Shown: positions 57,126 to 64,000 of the stretch, in pieces
Layout: the number at the start of each line of letters is the position of its first letter
Numbering within the stretch: position 1 is the first letter of the stretch
Virus record (IMG/VR): IMGVR_UViG_3300034358_000008
Span: 186,001-250,000 of that record
Reading direction: 5' to 3' (one strand)
Length of the DNA stretch: 64,000 nt
Notes under the pieces: generated by a model
Databases searched by the model: none
What the model was told of the DNA's origin: nothing
The model's input: only the letters and a program-made list of their open reading frames with translations
Position numbers and translations under genes: made by a program

Positions 57126-59615
57126 ATGCAAATTAAACTCATTCGTCTCAAGCGCTATAAACGTTTGATGCGTTCCAACATTCAAGAGTTCGAGTGGACT
57201 CCTACCAAACAACTGATGATCATGATCGGTTCTAATGGTTCAGGTAAGTCGTCCATTATGGATGAGTTGTCACCACTCCCGTCACCACATAAGAACTTCG
57301 GTCCATTGGGTGAGAAAGAATTCCACTGCTACCACAACGGTAGCCTTTATGTCCTGAAGTCTGAATACGGTCACGGTACAGGTAAGCATTCTTTCATGCG
57401 TGCTGACGAGGAACTAAATTCGGGTGGTACATTCAAGATCCAAGAAGATCTATGTTTCCAAGAGTTCGGTCTAACCCGTGAGTTCCATGACATCCTGACT
57501 GGACGTATTCGTTTTACTCAGATGACTACTGCTAAGCGTCGTGAGATCCTGACTAAGATGTCGGTGGTTGATCTGAACTTTGCTTTCCATATCTTCGGTC
57601 TACTCAAACAAGAACATCGTTCACAGAAGGGTACAGTCGATACGATCACTAAACGACTGACTAACGAGAACCATGATCTCCCAACGGATGCTGAATTAAG
57701 TATCTTGAAAGATGAGAACGGTGAACTGTCTGAACGATTGAATGGTTTGTTCTTAGCTCGTCAACCTAATGCACGTCAGGGATTCAATAATGAAGCCGAA
57801 GCAATTCAATACCTCGAGAACCTTATTGGACGATCTAAAGCTATTCTTTTCTCTTACCCGTCTTTACCGGAAAGAATCAAAGCCCGAGACGAAGCAGGAT
57901 TCCTCGAAGAAAAGCAAGCCGTAAGCGCACAGTGTACAGCTATTCAAGCAGTCATCAATCAGATGGCAGAAGAACTAGAATCGCTCCGCGGTATCAACAC
58001 AGCTGATATGGAAGTATCTCCTGAACAGTTGAGAGATCTAGAAGCTGAAGTCGTTTCGCTTAACAACATCATCGCAGGTAAGCTGCAAGAGGTTACGAGC
58101 ACTGCTATCGTTTTCCCATTGGTTAACTTGGATCTGTCTAACAATCCTGAAGGTCGACTGAACAGTATGTTTGCTCGGTTGTTTGAGATCACTAACGGCT
58201 TCCCAGATAACACTACCGGTTACTTCTCCAACCACGTCATCGAACAGACTCGGCAATCCCTACAAGGGCTGTTGGCCCTACGTCGTCAACTCGATCAAGC
58301 AGAGCAAACAGCTTCTCAACGATTGGCTCGATTTAAAGCCTGTGACACTGTGGCTTGCCCTAAGTGTGAGCATGACTTCAAACCGGGTGTTGATGAAACT
58401 GAAGGTGAGAAGCTTGAAGAGTATCTGTCTCAGATCCATATTAAGTTAGAGGCCGTTGACCTAGATATCTTGAGGGAAGAAGAATATCTCGAAGCAGCTA
58501 AAGACTATCGTGGTCACGTACACAACTTTGTTCAACTGACTCGTGAGTATAACGACTTCGGCCCATTGTGGGATTTCATGGCAGAGCATCAATTGATGTT
58601 CCGTACTCCATCAGCTATTAAGATGGATCTGACGCAATGGCAGACCAAGATGGCATTGGTTATCTCGTTACATAAAGACCAAGCAAAAGCAGAACGCTTG
58701 GCTCATCGTCAGGCTACCTTGAATGAGATCGACCGTGATGCCGTAGCCTACAACCGTAACCGCATTACTTTGCTGGAACATGACATCAACGCTAAGTACG
58801 ATGAACACGCTAACGTGACTCAGTACCTGCAACAGATTAACTCTGGTGAAGTCAACATCCGTAAACTCAACCGTGAAATCGAATCGATCATTAACGATTA
58901 TAAGCAGTGGCGTGCACGTGCCATGCAGCATTGTGAATGGTTGCTCGATAAGGCATTTGAAAATGAAATCAAAGAAATCCAAATTCGACTGGCGGAAGGC
59001 ACCCGTAGGCTTAATACTCTGGAGCAGCGTGAACATAGTTTGCGCGTTCTTGAAAACGAAGTTACGAACTCCCGAGAAGTCCAAGCAGACCTGAACCTAC
59101 TGATTAAAGCTCTATCCCCTAATGGCGGTCTGTTGGGTAAATACCTGATGGGTTTCATGCAGGGCGTAGTGACTCTGGTGAATGCGTTCATTGATGAGGT
59201 CTGGACTTACAAGATGGAAGTGTTGCCGTCTAAAGTGGAGAAAGATGAACTCGATTACAACTTCCCATTGAACATTTCTAACGGTGCAGTGGTAGCTCCA
59301 GATATCTCTAAGGGATCTGACTCTCAATTGGAAATGGTTGACTTCAGTTTCTGTCAAGCAATGCGTAAGTTCCTTCACTTGGATAACTACCCGTTGTTCA
59401 TTGATGAGTTCGGTCGTACGTTTGATGAGCAACACCGTGACAACTTGATTCCATTTATTAGTCGTTTGATTGAGAATGGGAACTTCGCACAAATATTTTA
59501 TATTTCGCACTTTGTTAGTACACACGGTGCTTTCAACCAAGCCGAGTACATGGTGTTAGATCCAACCAACATCACTGTACCTGAAGTCTACAACAAGAAC
59601 GTGCAGATGCACTGA
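57126..59615 (+). CDS. sbcC: SbcC/Rad50-like SMC ATPase (phiKZ gp165-like)
   Basis: GSNGSGKS Walker A; coiled coils; CPKC zinc hook; SKGS signature; LFIDEFG Walker B; ISH. Confidence 0.9.
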   Translation: MQIKLIRLKRYKRLMRSNIQEFEWTPTKQLMIMIGSNGSGKSSIMDELSPLPSPHKNFGPLGEKEFHCYHNGSLYVLKSEYGHGTGKHSFMRADEELNSGGTFKIQEDLCFQEFGLTREFHDILTGRIRFTQMTTAKRREILTKMSVVDLNFAFHIFGLLKQEHRSQKGTVDTITKRLTNENHDLPTDAELSILKDENGELSERLNGLFLARQPNARQGFNNEAEAIQYLENLIGRSKAILFSYPSLPERIKARDEAGFLEEKQAVSAQCTAIQAVINQMAEELESLRGINTADMEVSPEQLRDLEAEVVSLNNIIAGKLQEVTSTAIVFPLVNLDLSNNPEGRLNSMFARLFEITNGFPDNTTGYFSNHVIEQTRQSLQGLLALRRQLDQAEQTASQRLARFKACDTVACPKCEHDFKPGVDETEGEKLEEYLSQIHIKLEAVDLDILREEEYLEAAKDYRGHVHNFVQLTREYNDFGPLWDFMAEHQLMFRTPSAIKMDLTQWQTKMALVISLHKDQAKAERLAHRQATLNEIDRDAVAYNRNRITLLEHDINAKYDEHANVTQYLQQINSGEVNIRKLNREIESIINDYKQWRARAMQHCEWLLDKAFENEIKEIQIRLAEGTRRLNTLEQREHSLRVLENEVTNSREVQADLNLLIKALSPNGGLLGKYLMGFMQGVVTLVNAFIDEVWTYKMEVLPSKVEKDELDYNFPLNISNGAVVAPDISKGSDSQLEMVDFSFCQAMRKFLHLDNYPLFIDEFGRTFDEQHRDNLIPFISRLIENGNFAQIFYISHFVSTHGAFNQAEYMVLDPTNITVPEVYNKNVQMH

Positions 59616-59706
59616 GGTCAAATGTAAGGAACGTTAATAGCGTTCCCTACCACGTCTCACCCACACAGGTTGTAATGGCTGTAATCGCACTACAGAGCCT
59701 CACAGA

Positions 59707-59736
59707 CATACTGCTTCCCTTCGGGGAAGCTTTATG
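59707..59736 (+). terminator. CATA...TATG hairpin terminator
   Basis: GCTTCCC-TTCG-GGGAAGC. Confidence 0.75.
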
Positions 59737-59742
59737 CCGTTC

Positions 59743-59770
59743 AATAGATTTTATTTGAGATTTATATCAT
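59743..59770 (+). promoter_or_regulatory. phiKZ-type early promoter
   Basis: AATAGATTTTATTTGAGATTTATATCAT, a near copy of 9850-9877. Confidence 0.6.
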
Positions 59771-59799
59771 ACATCCGCAGTAGTAATAGGGAAGTCCTT

Positions 59800-60264
59800 A
59801 TGGATCAATCGTTGTTTGGGACTATGAGAAAGCTCGGCTGTAAGCATCCGATGGATATGTATTTCGATCCATTGCTTAGATCCAAAGTTTACAGCATAGA
59901 TACGTATTACCGTGGCATGCGTGTAAAAGCTGTCTCTGTAGATGGTGGTGCAAACTATCGATTCATTTATGCTTCACTCGAAACAGGGTTCGTCTATCGG
60001 AAACTAACCGTTGATACCGTTACTGAATTCACTATCCGAGAAGTTGATCACAATCGACTGCTAGGGATTCCATACAACATCAGCTATGAGGTACCTGTGA
60101 CCCCAACAGAGCCAATTAATAACAATACACAGAACAACCCCAACAGTGGGGTAGAAGACGCCTCTCAACTCATTGTGATCGGTATAGCTTTAGCTGTTAC
60201 TGCTTCAGTTCTATATAAACGTTTTATGAGTGATAGTAGTAACCCTACTAAAGGGAAGAAATAA
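59800..60264 (+). CDS. Hypothetical protein with C-terminal TM anchor
   Basis: Likely ATG 59800 after the promoter; P/N-rich linker, TM helix, basic tail. Confidence 0.7.
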   Translation: MDQSLFGTMRKLGCKHPMDMYFDPLLRSKVYSIDTYYRGMRVKAVSVDGGANYRFIYASLETGFVYRKLTVDTVTEFTIREVDHNRLLGIPYNISYEVPVTPTEPINNNTQNNPNSGVEDASQLIVIGIALAVTASVLYKRFMSDSSNPTKGKK

Positions 60265-60357
60265 TACTCGGGTAGTCATTGCTATAGGTAGGGGGAATCG
60301 GATTAAACTCTTTATTCCTTATCCCTTTAGTAATAGACTAGCATAAGGCTAACTAAC

Positions 60358-60630
60358 ATGACAGCACAGAGATCACAATCGTGGTACAGTAAGATTAAGA
60401 ATACTCTATCCGATAACATCCCAGTGGTAATAGCAACAGCAACATCTATCATCGCTGTCGGTATGATGTTGAAAGCATCGAATGATGTAGATGAGTCTAC
60501 AAGACGTAATCAAGAAACCTTAGATAACATCGAAGAAAAGATTCAAACAGCAATAGAAGTACCTTCAATCGTAAGAGTTGAATTTGGTGATGAGTTTGAA
60601 CTCATAGGACATGGCAACCGGACTGACTGA
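60358..60630 (+). CDS. Small membrane protein with coiled coil
   Basis: Single hydrophobic helix followed by a coiled coil. Confidence 0.6.
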   Translation: MTAQRSQSWYSKIKNTLSDNIPVVIATATSIIAVGMMLKASNDVDESTRRNQETLDNIEEKIQTAIEVPSIVRVEFGDEFELIGHGNRTD

Positions 60631-60664
60631 CATAAAGCCCTCCCGTTAAAGGAGGGCAGATATG
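60631..60664. terminator. CATA...TATG hairpin between convergent genes
   Basis: GCCCTCC/GGAGGGC stem. Confidence 0.75.
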
Positions 60665-60675
60665 TTGTTTCGTTA

Positions 60676-61206
60676 CTAGGTTGGTACATCCACACCAGTA
60701 AGACCCATTTCCCGTTCACGACGAAGCTGATCTTGACGATTGACTTCAGTCATACGAGCGGTAAAAGAATCCGAGATCTCAGAGATAACACCAATCTCTG
60801 CCTCACCACTAGCGTGCTCACCACTAAAGTCGGGCAGCTCACCAATGTCTGTGTTCGTATTAGCCGTACCTTTAGCGCCAGCTGTGAACATGTTATCGTT
60901 ACCACCTTGTGCAACCATCTGGGCAATACCCTGAAGAATACTGAGAGCCGAGTTACCAGACTTCTCGTCAACAGAAATACGTTTCTTGTTGATTGCAACT
61001 TTATCCATCGAATCAGCTACCTTGAGCATGAGTTCTACGGAATCCTTATCGGTGGGCATAGAGCCATCGGGATTCGAGTAAACCAGCTTATGCAGTAACC
61101 GTCCTTTGATGCGTTGCGTGTGTTTTAGTTGTTGATCGAATTCGAGTTCGGCATAATCGACCTCTGGAACTTCTGGATCAATGAATACGTTACTGATGTC
61201 TTCCAT
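60676..61206 (-). CDS. Hypothetical protein
   Basis: ATG-initiated ORF with phage-like codon usage, ending at the terminator. Confidence 0.75.
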   Translation of the reverse strand: MEDISNVFIDPEVPEVDYAELEFDQQLKHTQRIKGRLLHKLVYSNPDGSMPTDKDSVELMLKVADSMDKVAINKKRISVDEKSGNSALSILQGIAQMVAQGGNDNMFTAGAKGTANTNTDIGELPDFSGEHASGEAEIGVISEISDSFTARMTEVNRQDQLRREREMGLTGVDVPT

Positions 61207-61266
61207 AAAAATACCTGACTGAATAAGACTATGTCTTAGGACAAAAATTGATTAAGGGTCTATACA

Positions 61267-61803
61267 ATGATTGATTTTATTGAGCGTTTAGTGGCTCGCT
61301 GGACTGGAACAACCCCCAAGAAGACTTACTTGAAGTTACTTGAGCAGTTTGAAGGTCCTCAAGCAAGCATGGTAAATCTACCCGGTATGTTGGTAGAGTT
61401 CTGGACACGGGTGAAACCGTTGCAGTTCCAGAATGGTCCGGGCGTACGTGACATGATGTACATCGACATCGAAACACGTCATGACTCTATTGGGGAATTG
61501 ACTCGTTTGATGAATCTTGTTACTGGTTCGCTAGTACAAGAAGATGAAGCAGCAGTGATGGATCTTGCCAAAGAACAGTTTGCCACTTACCGCAAAATGA
61601 CTCTGGATGATTATTTCGCTGGTGCAGATGGTGGATCACTCTCGTTCTATGAGGGTGTACTTAACCTAAAGAATGCCATTATCCTGCACGGATTGGGCAT
61701 AGAAAACCTAAACTCAAACTATCACTCACGAGTTATGAATCGGATGTACAATGATATCCTGTACATAACCAAAGTGATCATCGAAAACATGCCGGAGGAA
61801 TAA
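61267..61803 (+). CDS. Hypothetical protein
   Basis: Divergent ORF; TATG upstream. Confidence 0.75.
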   Translation: MIDFIERLVARWTGTTPKKTYLKLLEQFEGPQASMVNLPGMLVEFWTRVKPLQFQNGPGVRDMMYIDIETRHDSIGELTRLMNLVTGSLVQEDEAAVMDLAKEQFATYRKMTLDDYFAGADGGSLSFYEGVLNLKNAIILHGLGIENLNSNYHSRVMNRMYNDILYITKVIIENMPEE

Positions 61804-61866
61804 ACAATCAGATCTTTGGTTTATTGAACTGCGACCCCCGATACAATCACCGTAGGTGTAGAGCTA

Positions 61867-62622
61867 ATGGATTCTGTAAAAGACTTGCTTGCTGATCCCC
61901 TGAAAGGTAAGAAACACGCTCAGGGTATTTTGTGTTATTTGTTCCGTGAAGTGTTGTTGTGGCGTAAGGTAAACTGGTTCACTTGGAACCGGTTGCTCAC
62001 AATGTACTTCGAGAAGCCGCACAACGTGGAGAACCCAGATAAGGGTAATCTGAATAAGGCGCTTAAAGCGGATGACATGAATTGGTCAGCCTTCAACAAA
62101 GCAATCGACTTCCTCAACCCACATAAAGCAGTCTTGGATATCAAGCTGTTCTGGCGGGACGGAAGTGAAAGCAACTATCGAATCAATGTTGATCCGACTG
62201 ATGATGAAGCCAAACCAACAGTTAATGAATTCAACTGGAAAGACTGTGAACTCTTCAAGGGAACTAAAGATCCATCTTTGCTGATGGGCCACGTGTTCCG
62301 TCACATTGTTAATGCAGAGGGCTCTAAGCACCCAGACATCAACGTCTGGTATGAAAAGCTTTTTGATGATTACACGAAGAACCCATCCAACGTGGTTGGG
62401 TTAAGTCAGAATGAAATCAACAAGAACGTCCAGCAACTCCGTCGCACTTTGATCGATCCTCGATTGAGTTGGAACGGTTTCCGTCGTGGGTTACATCTGC
62501 TCCGCCCAAAAGCAGAAGAGTACACCCTTACCCTTGAATGGGCTGACAACGAACAACTGAAGAAGACTCTCCCGGACACGATCCATCCTGTCTTTGTGGC
62601 TGACCCGTACTTTGAGGAATAA
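61867..62622 (+). CDS. Hypothetical protein with internally duplicated domain
   Basis: Two copies of FR.....W...Y...P.N...L.....W..F.....L.P. Confidence 0.8.
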   Translation: MDSVKDLLADPLKGKKHAQGILCYLFREVLLWRKVNWFTWNRLLTMYFEKPHNVENPDKGNLNKALKADDMNWSAFNKAIDFLNPHKAVLDIKLFWRDGSESNYRINVDPTDDEAKPTVNEFNWKDCELFKGTKDPSLLMGHVFRHIVNAEGSKHPDINVWYEKLFDDYTKNPSNVVGLSQNEINKNVQQLRRTLIDPRLSWNGFRRGLHLLRPKAEEYTLTLEWADNEQLKKTLPDTIHPVFVADPYFEE

Positions 62623-62625
62623 CTG

Positions 62626-63003
62626 ATGTACGTTCTCGATCTTAGCTGTAAACATACCTGCCCACCGCAGTTTCGTTTCGACTTCGAGGACCCTAAGCAG
62701 ACTATGACAGGGATAGGCTTCCTGTCATACGAAGGCTTGCGAATGTACCTCATTACCGGGAGCAAATACAAGATGTTCCTCCAAGGCAACTTGGAGTACG
62801 CTATACAACAATACAAACCAGACTACGTGTTCATCCCAGATCTTCACGAGCAACTAGAGAATACTCTGAAGTTGGTATTAGCACGTTACCCGTTCCTCAA
62901 ATTGAAGTACGGGCGTAACACACAAGTCGTTTGGACTAAGTTCGGTGTCACCCAAGCTGAGCAAGAATGGGTTGAGATCGTACGGAAGGTCCTTGCATCG
63001 TAA
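62626..63003 (+). CDS. Hypothetical protein
   Basis: GAGGA RBS; operonic. Confidence 0.7.
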   Translation: MYVLDLSCKHTCPPQFRFDFEDPKQTMTGIGFLSYEGLRMYLITGSKYKMFLQGNLEYAIQQYKPDYVFIPDLHEQLENTLKLVLARYPFLKLKYGRNTQVVWTKFGVTQAEQEWVEIVRKVLAS

Positions 63004-63050
63004 TAGGTTATCCATTTCGTATAACCTCTTAAACTCAAAAGGTAGTAAAT

Positions 63051-63935
63051 ATGACTAATGTACGTGAACTCGTTAAAACCGAAGTAGCCCTGCAAAAGAA
63101 AGCCATGATCTGGACTAACAAGCAGTTAGTGTTAGAGAAACAGGTTACTATTCAACAACTGGCTTCGGCTCTACGAGTGAGTGTAGCAAAGGCTGAAGAG
63201 GTAATGCACTTTCAGATTTACGGTGTAGGCGACGTTGCTCTGCTCGGGGTTAAATTACAGATCTTTGTGATTGACGGAAAACTCCCAGACTGGCTTCGTA
63301 AATTCCTGAACAAGATTCAGATCGCCTCAGTATTGCGTACCGCCAAGTCGACCACCAGTACATTGATCGAGCGCGATGTGCATCGTAAGGTTCTATCGCA
63401 AGTCTACGGTGATTCATTCAAAGACATTCTGACTGCAAGTTATCGCCGGGCTAGTGACACTCTATTTAATGCCTTAGTGCAGACCAATCTCGTAACTGAA
63501 GCTGCTCCATGTGAACTACATCAGTTTGATCAATTGACTAACCCACGCTGGGCGTTTGATCGCATGACTGGCCGAGCTGGTTTGGCCCACCATGTTCGTA
63601 AAGACGATGGTCTGACAGTACACATCCATTTCGGTAACCAACCTCCTGAAACTCTCGAGGCTATGGATCTTACAGTTAGCCGTCCTATCTCGGTAAACAC
63701 TGAGGCGACAACGTGTTCCCTGACTGCCGAGGAAATAGCTGATAATAAAGCTAAGCTGGAACATATCATCGAAAGCATGCGTCAAGCCGGCTACGCATTA
63801 TTGTCCGTACATAAACTCATCTCGTACCTACCCAAGAAAGGCGAAGCCCATACACGGCTATTGTTTGCTGAGAACACGGATATCGGTCTCACCATTGCAT
63901 TGACTGCACCATGGCAGGGATTGGTGTTTAAGTAA
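63051..63935 (+). CDS. Hypothetical protein
   Basis: AAGGT RBS; followed by a terminator. Confidence 0.8.
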   Translation: MTNVRELVKTEVALQKKAMIWTNKQLVLEKQVTIQQLASALRVSVAKAEEVMHFQIYGVGDVALLGVKLQIFVIDGKLPDWLRKFLNKIQIASVLRTAKSTTSTLIERDVHRKVLSQVYGDSFKDILTASYRRASDTLFNALVQTNLVTEAAPCELHQFDQLTNPRWAFDRMTGRAGLAHHVRKDDGLTVHIHFGNQPPETLEAMDLTVSRPISVNTEATTCSLTAEEIADNKAKLEHIIESMRQAGYALLSVHKLISYLPKKGEAHTRLLFAENTDIGLTIALTAPWQGLVFK

Positions 63936-63945
63936 CTAAGTAATC

Positions 63946-63985
63946 TGGGGCACTTCGGTGCCCCATTTTATGTCCTTTCTTTTTT
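63946..63985 (+). terminator. Intrinsic terminator
   Basis: TGGGGCAC-TTCG-GTGCCCCA then TTTTATG and a T-tract. Confidence 0.8.
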
Positions 63986-64000
63986 GGGTGAATCCAATGT

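Noticed and set aside
59613-59627. Readthrough of the sbcC TGA
   Set aside because: The frame closes after GGT CAA ATG TAA, so there is no meaningful extension.
1-64000. Genome-wide stop-codon reassignment
   Set aside because: Genes are intact in the standard code, and TGA, TAG and TAA all end genes directly before the next gene or terminator. The MCP case is local.

Overview
This 64 kb window comes from a phiKZ-like (nucleus-forming, Chimalliviridae-type) jumbo phage, probably infecting Pseudomonas. Gene order follows the phiKZ gp118-gp165 block as I recall it: DnaB helicase, major capsid protein (MCP), non-virion RNAP beta subunit, portal, tail-tip/fibre cluster, RuvC, lysis genes, collagen-like fibre, virion RNAP subunit, UvsX/RecA, RNase H, inner-head proteins, PAAR and spike, and SbcC. 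Small early-gene islands are interspersed. phiKZ gp equivalents come from recalled motifs and synteny, not from a database search. Main finding: the MCP stop codon (TGA 9705-9707) is followed in frame by 28 sense codons with no ATG/GTG/TTG start. These codons fold into a long stem-loop and encode a peptide (RYSEDGTSLRFDESGDSRRLER) that closely matches the C-terminal tail of the separate protein at 35969-36508 (RYLESGTIRYTEEGVTRDLEHRV). This suggests programmed stop-codon readthrough that gives a fraction of capsid subunits a docking tag, possibly for the collagen-like fibre. Other leads are a candidate structured ncRNA (1446-1591), a family of CATA...TATG-closed hairpins at gene ends, an apparently inactive head-protease paralog, 2OG-Fe(II) oxygenase-like genes in the fibre cluster, and two membrane-protein/lipoprotein pairs. 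I saw no tRNA, rRNA, CRISPR array or mobile element.
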